Assembly (NCBI GenBank): GCA_002269645.1
Contig: NIVC01000618.1
Location: forward strand, 124,001 to 188,000
DNA: 64,000 nt
Reading direction: 5' to 3'
Origin: Macrostomum lignano
Lineage: Eukaryota
In this document: one piece after another, positions 1 to 11,884 of the stretch
Layout: each line of letters opens with the position of its first letter
Position numbering within the stretch: the stretch's first letter is position 1
Position numbers and translations under genes: made by a program
The notes under the pieces: model-generated
Told to the model about the DNA's origin: nothing
The model's database searches: none
The model's input: only the letters and a program-made list of their open reading frames with translations

Positions 1-1049
1 AATTCGACACCGATAACTCCGATCCCCCCAAGAGGATTAAAGAGGCTGCGATGGGATGGGGTTCCAAGCACCGGCGCCTCCCCTCCCACGGGATCGGCAC
101 ACTGTGGGAACTATATTGCTCCCGAATAGGACAGCTCTGGTCCGCTCTCTTTGGAGAAGACGAGAGCGGAGGCAGAAAGTTGCAGACGGAAGAAGACCGA
201 GGCAAAGGCGAATGCGAAGACGGGGAGCTGGACAAGATGGACCGGAGAGAGCGGAGAGAGCGAGTGTGCGAGCTGGGAGAAACTAGGAAGAAATCCCCGA
301 GTTGCGAGTTCGCTGAGCACTCTCTCTCTCTCTCTCTCTCTCTCCCTCTCCCTTCCCAATCTGTCTCTGCATCTCTCAGCCTAAGCCCGAGAGCCCGAAC
401 TGCCTCCATAAGCCTGATGCAAACTCGCATCACGCAAGGCGGCCGGCACTGACAAGGGCGCATATAGGGCATATAAGTATGAGTCCAAATATGGAATCCA
501 ACTCAGGGGGGATGCTGACATCAAGCAGATTAAACCGTTCCCCACATCTCAAACCAAATCAAAGTCTATAATAGCAATTGGAAAATTATCAGTTCTAACA
601 GATACTCGTAAATCTGTCAGATGAGTGTTGAGCAGCCAATCTCGCCGCACTACCATATAAGGCAAAGGAAAATAGTTGCCAAAAGCAATACTTGCCCAAC
701 AGGCTAAAAATAGATTCGACTTCACAATGGGACACGCCAGATCGATAGAGAATCCAAGCCATTCACACTTAGTCCAGGCGCTTTCCTCTCTGCATGGGCA
801 TCCAGCAGCCGCCCACGCTGCCTTCATCTCCGCCATTAACCCTCCCCTCAACCTCAAGCATCGTCTCTTCATCTCCATTCTGTTTGCAATTTCTTTTTCT
901 CACTTCTTAACGGCCACCTAGAGTAGCGCGAGGTTAACCTGGACTAGAGGGCTAAAATCGATGGACTGCATACTCACATATGGGGCTATTTTTGGCTGCG
1001 GATTTATTTATAGACTGTCCGAATTGGACAGGTTGAGGACAGGCCACGC

Positions 1050-1545
1050 CGATGGATTGCTGATCTATGTGGATTGCTAATCTATCTATGTGGATTGCTA
1101 ATCTATCTGTGTGGATTGCTAATCTGTCTATGTGGATTGCTAATCTATCAATGAGGATTCCTAATCTATCAATGAGGATTGCTAATCTATCTGTGTGGAT
1201 TGCTAATCTATCTGTGTGGATTGCTAATCTATCTGTGTGGATTGCTAATCTATCTATGAGGATTGCTAATCTATCTGTGAGGATTGCTAATCTATCTGTG
1301 TGGATTGCTAATCTATCTGTGTGGATTGCTAATCTATCTGTGTGGATTGCTAATTTATCTATGAGGATTGCTAATCTATCTATGAGGATTGCTAATCTAT
1401 CTATGTGGATTGCTAATCTATCTATGAGGATTGCTAATCTATCTATGCGGGTTGCTAATTTATCTATGTGGATTGCTAATCTATCAATGCAGATTGTTAA
1501 TCTATGTGGGTTGCTAATCTATCTGTGTAGATTGCTAATCTACAA
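1050..1545. repeat. 21-bp minisatellite (GATTGCTAATCTATCTGTGTG)n
   Basis: About 23 visible tandem units. It is the reverse complement of the array at 1960-2672. Confidence 0.95.
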
Positions 1546-1959
1546 GATGCATGTATCTAACCTAATTAAAGTACACAGGCTCATTCAGTATGCTTAAAAT
1601 TCAGTAGTAATTTTGTGTTTCCCAGAAAAACTATTCAGCTCAGCGAACCCCCCCCCCCTTCCCAGTCCCGCGTGGCCCAATCGCGAGAGCCAATCCAGTA
1701 AATGGACCCGAGCGCCGCTCTGCCTGTCGGCTTCAGAGCGCTCCAAGGAATTTTTCAATCGCTTGATGGCTGATTTCCTCATTTGTTAATTAGTTCAAAA
1801 TTGCGGACTAAGTAAAAAACAAATTAGCAATATGCGGCGCCTATTGATGCGTTGGTAATTATATTGATAAATAAAAGGTTAGTAACCCAATGGAAATGAG
1901 TTTAACAGAGAATAAAGTAAACAAGTCTTTGTGGACCAAGTACTTTTTAAAGAGATAGT

Positions 1960-2672
1960 GATAGATTAACAATACCAACAGATAGATTAGCAACCCCCAT
2001 TGACAGATTAGCAATCCACACAGATAGCTCGTAGAGTAGCAATCCACACAGCTAAATTAGCAATCCACACAGATAGATTAGCAATCCACACAGATAGATT
2101 AGCAATCCACATAGATTAAAATCTGCATTGATAGATTAGCAATCCACACAGATAGATTAGCAATCCACACAGATAGATTAGCAATCCACATAGATTAGCA
2201 ATCCACACAGATAGATTAGCAATCCACACAGATAGCTCGTAGAGTAGCAATCCACACAGCTAAATTAGCAATCCACACAGATAGATTAGCAATCCACACA
2301 GATAGATTAGCAATCCACATAGATTAAAATCTGCATTGATAGATTAGCAATCCACACAGCTAAATTAGCAATCCACACAGATAGATTAGCAATCCACACA
2401 GATAGATTAGCAATCCACACAGATAGATTAGCAATTCACACAGATAGATTAGCAATTCACACAGATAGAGTAGCAGTCCACACTGATAGATTAGCAATCC
2501 ACACAGATAGATTAGCAATCCACACATATAAATTAGCAATCCACACAGATAGATTAGCAATCCACACAGATAGATTAGCAATCCACACAGATAGATTAGC
2601 AATCCACACAGATAGATTAGCAATCCACATAGATAGATTAGCTATCCACACAGATAGATTAGCAGTCCACAC
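1960..2672. repeat. 21-bp minisatellite (GATAGATTAGCAATCCACACA)n, inverted partner of 1050-1545
   Basis: About 33 units with an internal ~208-bp block duplication (gatagctcgtagagtagc occurs twice). It begins about 30 nt into the intron after exon 2706-2809. Confidence 0.95.
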
Positions 2673-2705
2673 AGACACATAACCCAGTAGAAATCGGTGG
2701 CTCAC

Positions 2706-5700
2706 TTCTCTTCTAGCCGCTGCTGCAGGTCGGACAGAATCCGCACGGCCTCCTGGTGATAGACGACCTCGGACGATACAAACTCGTACAGAGCGGCGAT
2801 GTGCTCAGCCTGCGCGCAAAGTTTTGAGTCATTTGTTCGAGTTAGATTATTTTAATCGATACTTTCACAGAAAATAATTTAAAACGGCTAGCCAAATCAA
2901 CAACTCACATCGGAATTGAGAAAGTTGACCATGGCATTTTCGGCCAGGTTTTTGCTCTCAACGAATTTCTCTTCGGCCATGCGCAGCTCCTCCTCGGGGT
3001 TCTTCGATCCTCCCGCTGCGGAAGGGTGAGCATCGGAGATTATCGAGAGTGGGGATTTGAGACAAGAGAGAGCGCTGGCGATCAAAACTGATCAGATTGA
3101 TCAGATTCGGGATTGATCAGCTTCGGGATTGATCAGATATGGGATTGATCAGATTCGGGATTGATCAGATTCGGGATTGATCAGATTCGGGATTGATCAG
3201 ATTCGGGATTGATCAGATTCGGGATTGATCAGATTCGGGATTGATCAGCTTCGGGATTGATCAGATTCGGGATTGATCAGATTCGGGATTGATCAGATTC
3301 GGGATTGATCAGATTCGGGATTGATCAGATTCGGGATTGATCAGATTCGGGATTGATCAGATTCGGGATTGATCAGATTCGGGATTGATCAGATTCGGGA
3401 TTGATCAGATTCAGGATTGATCAGATTCGGGATTGATCAGATTCAGGATTGATCAGATTCGGGATTGATCAGATTCGGGATTGATCAGATTCGGGATTGA
3501 TCAGATTCGGGATTGATCAGATTCGGGATTGATCAGATTCAGGATTGATCAGATTCGGGATTGATCAGATTCGGGATTGATCAGATTCGGGATTGATCAG
3601 ATTCGGGATTGATCAGATTCGGGATTGATCAGATTCGGGATTGATCAGATTCGGGATTGATCAGATTCAGGATTGATCAGATTCGGGATTGATCAGATTC
3701 GGGATTGATCAGATTCGGGATTGATCAGATTCGGGATTGATCAGATTCGGGATTGATCAGATTCGGGATTGATCAGATTCGGGATTGATCAGATTCAGGA
3801 TTGATCAGATTCGGGATTGATCAGATTCGGGATTGATCAGATTCGGGATTGATCAGATTCAGGATTGATCAGATTCGGGATTGATCAGATTCGGGATTGA
3901 TCAGATTCGGGATTGATCAGATTCGGGATTGATCAGATTCGGGATTGATCAGATTCGGGATTGATCAGATTCGGGATTGATCAGATTCGGGATTGATCAG
4001 ATTCGGGATTGATCAGATTCGGGATTGATCAGATTTGGGATTGATCAGATTCTTTACGAGCGCAATTTCGATTAAGGGAAGTGAGATAGTTGAGAAGCTT
4101 GAGCATGTTGATAGGGTATACAAACAAAAAATCTCATATTAAAATGAAATACGAAGCTTTACTGGACTAAGCACAGCCACGGGGTTACAAAGATACAATG
4201 GAGAAACAACAGAAAGTCTACTTAAGCAGCAACTAAACTAATAAATGAATATCATCACATCCAGGCTTTCACACCTCTCGCTACATCCGTTGTTCAAATC
4301 ACTTTACTCGCCCAATAATATTTCTCTCGATTGGAATTATCACGACTCCATCATCACCCTGCCCGTTTCTGCAGCATTTTGAGAATCTTTTCCCAGTAAA
4401 AATGGGGACAAAAAAGGAAACTTCAAGGTCGGCCAGTGGGCGAGAAGAATAAATGCAGACAGCTCAGATGATGCAGAAATCTGGGGTGGGAGCGGAGGAG
4501 AGGAAGGGAAGAATCAAACACACTGCATAAAGCAAAAGCGATCCCGGGGCCTCTTCGCTCCCTAATCCTATAATGCGCTTCCTTCGAATCCTAATCTCTT
4601 TCCACAGCTCCCCTCTCCTGCATCGCTCCCTATCCTCCTCGCAGGTCAAAATGGTGCACAGGGACAGAGGAAGGGACTACCGATATGTAGTGTAGTTTAC
4701 ATAAAAGTAAATATTAAAACGTTTTACTGCAGCTCGAGCTCACTAAATATATCCCAGCTAAAAGTGTTCTAAAGATAGATGGACGGATGGAAAGGGCGGC
4801 GGAGATTGAAAAGGAGCAATAAATCTTCTTCAAAGTCTGACAAGTTGCACTCGAGGGTGTGTACGCGCCTGTAGCGTATAAGGGGTTTTTCTGCCCAGAC
4901 TCGCAATTTTTTAGAGGGAAGGAGTGGCAGAGGGAGTGCCACTCGAGAGAGTCCGATACTCTAGCACTAACCCCCGATCTGCCCAGCCTCACCCTCGCCA
5001 TCAGCATTCGAACTATTTGCTTCTCAGCCTCTGATCCTCCTCTCTCAGCTGCTTCTCTCGCCATCCCAGCGAGTTATATTTTCCATTTCTCTATAGCTAA
5101 GCCAAGCACGCACCCACCCCAGCGCCCCGCGCCAGGTCAAGACTGCTGGAGCAGGCTATGCAAAACTTGGCGGGGATGAGGCGGGGTGGGATGCTGAGAC
5201 TGAGGCCGAATAAGTGCAGCTTTTCTATAGAATAGTTCGTGCTCTCTAAGGATATAGCTGTTCTATAGCTATTATACGAATGCAGCTCATAAATATAGAC
5301 TCTCACAAGGCAGCAGGAAATTGATGAGGATTAGTTGTGTTAATTCATATCACAGCAATACGATGCCACTTCCTCAAATATCTTTCCGAGAAATTGAAAC
5401 ATCTAATAATTTTCTTAAAATGTGATTTATTAACGCTAATTAGTACCGATTTTTACATTCACTACGCTGTATATCAGCGCGCAGTATTATTAGGCGCGCA
5501 GTATCATTAAGCGCGCAGTATCATTAGGCGCGCCAGAGCATATTGTTTTTATATTTGTATTGCAGCACAGTAAAACTAACTGGGATCGCATGCAGTCTTT
5601 GTAAAGTCTTTGTCTATTAAACTATTACGACACTTTAATGGTTGAATTTAGTACAAAGTATAGTACAAAATTTTAATTAGTACACGGCGTACTCTATACA

Positions 5701-8700
5701 CGATGACAACCCAGTGCGCTCTTATGCGTTAAAAAATTGACTTCAAACGAGAGAAAAATGTAAAGAAAGGAAATTAGATGGGGAAAATAGGAGAGACAGA
5801 GAGGGTTAGGACTCGGGTAACCCCTCCAATCCCTGAATTGCTGCACAATATGCCTGCTCGAAGCAAAAGCAAACAATGGGCCGAGAGGGCAGCCAGTTGT
5901 TGTGTAAAAATCAAGCAACGGGACGGGTCAAACGGGCCAGAAAAGATTGGGGGAAAATGCCTGAGCAAACTGGGCGAAGCGGGGGAGCGAGAGAGAGGGG
6001 GCGTAAATCCCTCACTCGTCTCCCCGTGACCCTGACGAGGTCTTAGCGCAATCTCAGCTGCTTCCCTCATCTACAGCTGCCTACATCTGCAGTTAGTACA
6101 CTGGAGGTACACAGACCTCGCCTACAAGCAAGGCAAGTCGCCCCAACTGATGTTGCCTAGTAGGCATCGGGACTCAAGCGGGGTCCGGAATGAAGAATTA
6201 AGAGATGAAAAAAGGGACAGACAAGCGGGATTTGATGGAGGAGAGAAAGCTGCGAGACAGCGAGAGTGAGAGAACACTACTGTGCTCGCACCGGGTGAGA
6301 GACTTCAACGAGAAAGGAGAGAGGGGGGAGTGAGGCAGAAGAGGCAAAGTACGGCGGCGATTTAGGATGAATAGGGAAAAGACGAGAGACGGGACGAGAG
6401 AGAAGAGCAGGCGCAGGGTGTCCGGGCAGGCAGTAGAGGAGTTTGAGCACGGGAAAGGGGATGAGGGAGGAGCGCATTAGCTCTGTCAGCCTCTCTGAGC
6501 TCCATTGCCAGTGGTATTGATTTGGGAAGGCTAAAGGGGTAGGCAGAGCCGGAGTCTCCCGCTAGGCTGCTATTCCGACTGTACAAGCCAAGAGGCGGTG
6601 ACTGAGGTGACTGGGGGGGGGGTTGGAGGGGGTGAGGGCGAAGGCGGCCGAGAGAAAGATGCAGAGCACAGACGGATACGGACAGGCTGGGAGATTTCAG
6701 GAGTGAGTCTGGAGCCCAGACTAAAGAGAAAGGCTAGTCTTAGTAGCCTGGTCTCAGTATGGCGCTGCTGGAATTTCAACAGTACAGCACACATTGATTA
6801 TATATTGCTACCATATTAATGCTCAATTAGATTACGAGAGAAGAGAGAGATGGAGAGATGAGGGCCCTGACAGCAAGGGATATTAGAAAACTAGGCTGTT
6901 TACTGCAGCCCTGCTTACCCACTACTCAATATTAATCCAATAGACTACGCGAACTATGAAATTTTCAATTATAAAATTGACAATATCTCCTCTGCAAGTG
7001 ATTCAAACTTGGCGCTAGATAAAACGAAACACGAGAATTGGAGTTGCGTTCTCTAGGCATAGAGACGGAAATAGAGAAGGAGATGGAGAGGGAGATAGAA
7101 TAAGATAGAGAGGCAGATATAGAGGGAGAGAGAGAGGGAGAGAGAGGGAGAGGGGAGAGAGGGAGAGAGAGGGGGGAGAGGGGGAAAGAGAGGGGGAGAG
7201 GGGAGAGAGGAAGAGAGAGGGGAGAGAGGGAGAGAGGGAGAGAGAGGGGGAGGGAGAGGGGGAGAGAGAGGGTGAGAGTGGGGGAGAGAGGAGGGCACCT
7301 CCAATCTCAGTCGCTGATACGGTGAAAAAAGAGCTGATAAGTCAATTATTTAATATTGCCGATATTTCAAATTTGGTAAATTATTCGTCAAGGCGAATAA
7401 ACTCACACCTCAGACCCATGTGAGATGTTGTCCATTATCGATTTAATGTGAAACAAAACTAACAAACTCCCTATTCAGATAATGCATCTTGCATCGAAAT
7501 TCAGCCTCAACTGAAAGTGAGGCTGATCCATAATACAGCCAGGTAAAACTTCTGGCCGCAGTTTAAACAGGGCAACTAGAAATAACAGAAAAATCAAAAA
7601 GCAAAGATTACGGAAATAAGAGAAAAACAAACAATTAAAGACTAAGGAATACCACATTGAAACATAAAAAATGAGCTAGAGAGTATAGGCGCGGAATGCG
7701 TGCGCTGTGCTATGGCACTGCAGCGACCACTTACCGCCGCCTGAATTTGATGATGCGGGGTTGCCGGTTGAGACACATTTTTATTAAACCAAATATACAT
7801 ACTGAGCACTAATTATTGTCCTTAAGAGGTTTCTAAAGGCTGTAAATGAGGTTTTCCCGCAGGAGGTTTTCCCGCCGAGGTTTCTCCGCAGGAGGTTTTC
7901 CCGCCAAGATTTTCCTGCGGCGAGGTTTTCCCGCAGGAGGTTTTCCCGCAGGGCTTTTTACAGTCGGAATTTCAAGTCAAATCCAATCAGATTTGAAATC
8001 TAGTCTTTTATTAGAGGCAGGGGGGTTGTGTGCACCCTGGCGCACTTTAGGCGACAGGCACACAACCGGCGAGAGGCATTACTGCCCATTCCGCCGACTC
8101 CCCTGAGCAGGCATACAAGCGCGCGGATACGTACGCAGGCACACACTCACACAGGAGTGTACAGCGGCCCTAACTTTATCAATTGTTAGGCATGTACACT
8201 TCACTGCGCCTTGGGGGGTTGGCTCTCAAGGCCGTTAATTGCACAAGCGAGCCAAGCCGAAATTCCAATTCAGCCCCAAATTAATGTGGCTGCACTTGGA
8301 ATCGAGCCTGGGCCGCTGGCACACCAGAGCAGCTGCGCTACCGCTGGGCTACGGCCCCCCGGCGAAATCTAGTCTAGTTCTAATCTAGTCTAGTTTTTAA
8401 TCTAGTCTAGTTTATGTCTAGTCTAGTTTTTAATCTAGTCTAGTTTATGTCTAGTCTAGCCTAGTCTAGGCCTGTTCTAATCTAGTCTAGTTTTTAATCT
8501 AGTCTAGTTCTAATCTAGTCTAGTTTTTAATCTAATTTAGTTCTAATCTAGTCTAGTTTTTAATCTAGTCTAGTTTATGTCTAGTCTAGCCTAGCCTAGG
8601 CCAGTTCTAATCTAGTCTAGTTTTTAATCTAGTCTAGTTTATGTCTAGTCTAGTTTATGTCTAGTCTAGCCTAGTCTAGGCCTAGTCTAGGACTCTAGGC

Positions 8701-11700
8701 TGGCCCTCCTGTGTGTGAATCGCCCCAGAACCCCCTGGGCCAATTTTGGTGCACACCAGCCCCAAATGAATGTGGGCCGCGCAAGGATTCGAACCAGGGG
8801 CCTTGGCTGGAGAGTCAGATGCGTTTAGCACTGAGCTGCCCAGCCCTCGATCCCCCTAACCTCATTATTGCGCTTCTTACCTTTGCGCTTCTTGCAGTCA
8901 AAGTCAAGCCGGCGGCCTTCCAGCTTCTTGCGATGATGCTGAATCAAGTTTTATGATCCAAAAGGAAATTGTTACGTTGCAACTGTCTAATTCATAAATG
9001 TCAATAGCAAATGCAAAAGCAACAAGATAGTTTCTCCTTACATTGATCTCCTTGATTTCTCGGTGCTGCAAGCTGGTGAACGGGTCTAGAAAGTTCTGCT
9101 TAACATTGTCCTCAAGACTGTACTTGATCTCCGCCATCTGCTTGTACGCCTCGCCTCCGTCTACTAAAGCGTTGCCTAAAAAAGCAGAAGGGGCAGGTTG
9201 AAAGCAGTGAAAGTCATAAACTCATTGATAATGCTATTTGAAGACTTTAAATATTTCTAATAAAGTGCTTCTACCGTAAGCACGGTTGAAAAAGTTCGAC
9301 TGCAGATTTAATGTAATACTAAACAATAACATGAAAGTGTACGAGCGCAGTACGCTCACTGAAGTACTGAGGCGAAGGTAGTACACTCACTGAGGAACGA
9401 TGGGGAGGGCAGCACACTCACTGAGGAACGATGGGGAGGGCAGCACACCCAACTGAGAAACAATGGGGAGGGCAGCACACCCAACTGAGAAACAATGGGG
9501 AGGGCAGAACACCCAACTGAGAAACAATGGGGAGGGCAGAACACCCAACTGAGAAACAAAGGGGAGGGCAGCACACCCAACTGAGAAACAAAGGGGAGGG
9601 CAGCACACCCAACTGAGAAACAAAGGGGAGGGCAGCACACCCAACTGAGAAACAAAGGGGAGGGCAGAACACCCAACTGAGAAACAAAGGGGAGGGCAGC
9701 ACACCCAACTGAGAAACAATGGGGAGGGCAGAACACCCAACTGAGAAACAAAGGGGAGGGCAGAACACCCAACTGAGAAACAAAGGGGAGGGCAGCACAC
9801 CCAACTGAGAAACAATGGGGAGGGCAGAACACCCAACTGAGAAACAATGGGGAGGGCAGAACACCCAACTGAGAAACAATGGGGAGGGCAGAACACCCAA
9901 CTGAGAAACAATGGGGAGGGCAGAACACCCAACTGAGAAACAATGGGGAGGGCAGAACACCCAACTGAGAAACAAAGGGGAGGGCAGCACACCCAACTGA
10001 GAAACAATGGGGAGGGCAGAACACCCAACTGAGAAACAATGGGGAGGGCAGCACACCCAACTGAGAAACAAAGGGGAGGGCAGCACACCCAACTGAGAAA
10101 CAATGGGGAGGGCAGAACACCCAACTGAGAAACAATGGGGAGGGCAGAACACCCAACTGAGAAACAATGGGGAGGGCAGAACACCCAACTGAGAAACAAA
10201 GGGGAGGGCAGCACACCCAACTGAGAAACAATGGGGAGGGCAGCACACGCGCTGAGAAACAATGGGGGGAGGGCAGCACATGAACTAAAGACCAGGCCAT
10301 GGGTTCGGAACTGAAGCGCCACTCTGGAATCTCACCAAGCACAGAGTCGGAGCCGAGATCTTTGCCATGCTTGACCATAGACTCGCCGAGAATGCCCTCG
10401 GGCTGCGGGTACACCATGCTCTTGTTCTTATTCTGCAGATTGTTAAATCCTTTCACGGCTGTCATTCGAGCGCGAGCCACTGAAATTGTTTTATAAATAT
10501 AACACATATATTACAGCACAGAGCTAGCAACTGGCAAAGTTGCCTGAGCTATAGATTAAAGCATAAAGCTTACTTGGGTTCGGCTGCAGATACTCCTGAG
10601 TCCTGGCAATCAGATCTTCAACCATCCTTCCGGCTACATCAATTTTCTGTAATAATTATAAATATTGCTATCACTAATGTTTAGGTTAAATAGCATAACA
10701 TAAGCAACATGAGAACAGAGACATACCCGCTCCATTTCCATGAAATCTGGGTCCAACTCTGTTCCACGGGCTCCAGCAATTTTCTCATTGAAAAGCTATA
10801 AATTATAGTTGAGTAAGGAATATTTAGAAAAGGAACTACTATTATAAGACAGGTATGCATAGAAATAAAATTAATTCAAGCTGATAAACCTAATGTTGAA
10901 ATGTAATAAAAAACGATTATTTTTAGATAGGTCTCTGCAGTGTCAATTAATTGTAGGCACATATAGATTACAGTTATCTTAAAACCTTCAAAAGACCTAA
11001 AAAGAACATTTATTTTAAGGTACAGTCAGAGGTTTTAGGATAGGGACCAGTTGGGACACAGAAGATACTAAAAGGACATTTTTGTTGAATGCAATTAAAT
11101 GCAATATTTCTAAATTGAACATAGTTAAAAACTAATAAATCCCATAGCTAGGGTAAATATGATATAAAATAAAAAAGTATATTTTCTTATTTAGAGATTT
11201 AAAATGAAAATTAGAAAGTTAGGATAGATGGCCAAGGGACCTACAGCCTGACTAGAGGTGACCTAGACCCCTAGCACCTTTTGGATATACCCTTGATTAA
11301 TTGAGTCAAAGCGAAGTAAGTCAAGACAAGATGAATTAAAGTCAAAATAGTAATAGTTTTAATAGTTTTAGATATCAATAAAGCAAAATTTCATTCCATG
11401 TCATCAAAAAAACAAAATCTATTAATACCAACAATTCTTAAAATCATTTTCATTAGAATCTAACATATTAATATTATTTATTAGTATAGTTATGAAACAT
11501 ATACTCCTGAATTTTTTAATATCTTTTAACTTTTTATTTTGCATTTAAACACAAAGAAATAAAATTGCTTGAAATTATTATTAAAAAACTACCTTGAAAT
11601 CCAGATGTCATTAAAATTCAGAACTGTTATTAGCAACTTTATTATTATGATGCCTTTAAAACATAAAGTGTGTTTTTTAAAGAAATGAAGCTTGTTATAA

Positions 11701-11884
11701 AGACTACTACTTAAAAATTTTTTTTCATCTAGAACCTAACACACACGGAACAAGTAATGATTAGAATGTACATTTGCTGGCACAGGTAAAATGTAAAAAA
11801 TAGCAAATATTCAACAACCAACAGAGCGAAAGAGCGTACCTGATTCGCTTTATTTAGCTGCTTCTTAAATCCGGCGAGAGACAT
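2706..11884 (-). CDS. endoA: Endophilin-A (SH3GL family), N-BAR domain exons; linker/SH3 exons not found in the window
   Basis: Hand-spliced GT-AG exons: 11840-11884 (MSLAGFKKQLNKANQ), 10727-10795 (LFNEKIAGARGTELDPDFMEMER), 10574-10646 (KIDVAGRMVEDLIARTQEYLQPNP), 10336-10479 (ARARMTAVKGF...YPQPEGILGESMVKHGKDLG), 9042-9175 (NALVDGGEAYKQMAEIKYSLEDNVKQNFLDP...), 8881-8938 (HHRKKLEGRRLDFDCKKRK), 2909-3015 (GGSKNPEEELRMAEEKFVESKNLAENAMVNFLNSD), 2706-2809 (AEHIAALYEFV...RLEE). Phases are consistent and the motifs (QPNP, YPQxE, KKLEGRRLDFD) are endophilin-A hallmarks. Confidence 0.96.
3087..4052. repeat. 16-bp minisatellite (GATTGATCAGATTCGG)n
   Basis: About 60 near-identical units, ending about 70 nt from an endophilin acceptor. 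Confidence 0.97.
5100..7000 (-). mobile_element. Possible heavily degraded non-LTR (LINE) remnant inside an endophilin intron
   Basis: Only fragmentary resemblance, e.g. LRADIQRSECKNR..ISVNKSHF near 5420-5490, similar to the segment after YADD in LINE RT. Many stops and no intact motif. Confidence 0.25.
7075..7295. repeat. GA-rich polypurine low-complexity tract
   Basis: Almost exclusively G and A on the + strand. Confidence 0.95.
7735..7740 (-). CDS. endoA: Candidate 6-nt microexon (GCGGCG) of endophilin-A, adding Gly-Gly
   Basis: Minus strand reads catcaaattcAG|GCGGCG|GTAAGT. It has a consensus donor and a TTCAG acceptor, a ctcaac branch-like motif about 30 nt upstream, preserves frame, and fits the phase-1 intron between exons 8881-8938 and 2909-3015. 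Confidence 0.6.
8000..8358 (-). mobile_element. tRNA-derived SINE family A, copy 1
   Basis: Head GGCCGTAGCCCAGCGG...GGCTCGATTCCAAG (A/B-box-like). The body is alignable by eye with 21520-21860 and 39185-39330. Confidence 0.8.
8368..8846 (-). mobile_element. tRNA-derived SINE family B with (ACTAG)n-type tail
   Basis: Head GGGCTGGGCAGCTCAGTGCTAAA...GGTTCGAATCC at 8846-8775, a short body, then a CTAG-rich simple-repeat tail at 8690-8368. Confidence 0.65.
9385..10280. repeat. 32-bp minisatellite (CAACTGAGAAACAATGGGGAGGGCAGCACACC)n in endophilin intron 4
   Basis: About 28 units. The 32-aa periodic ORFs in three minus frames confirm the 32-bp period. Confidence 0.97.

Noticed and set aside
549-921. 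ORFs at 549-921 as retroelement RT or endophilin SH3 exons
   Set aside because: There is only a WLGFSID-like 7-mer, with no SH3 motifs (ALYDF, WYEG, FP.NYV) and no other RT motifs.
8775-8846. tRNA genes (also 8290-8358, 15.7, 21.5, 32.6 and 47.9 kb)
   Set aside because: A/B boxes are present but the stems are poorly paired and continue into repeated bodies, so these are SINE heads.
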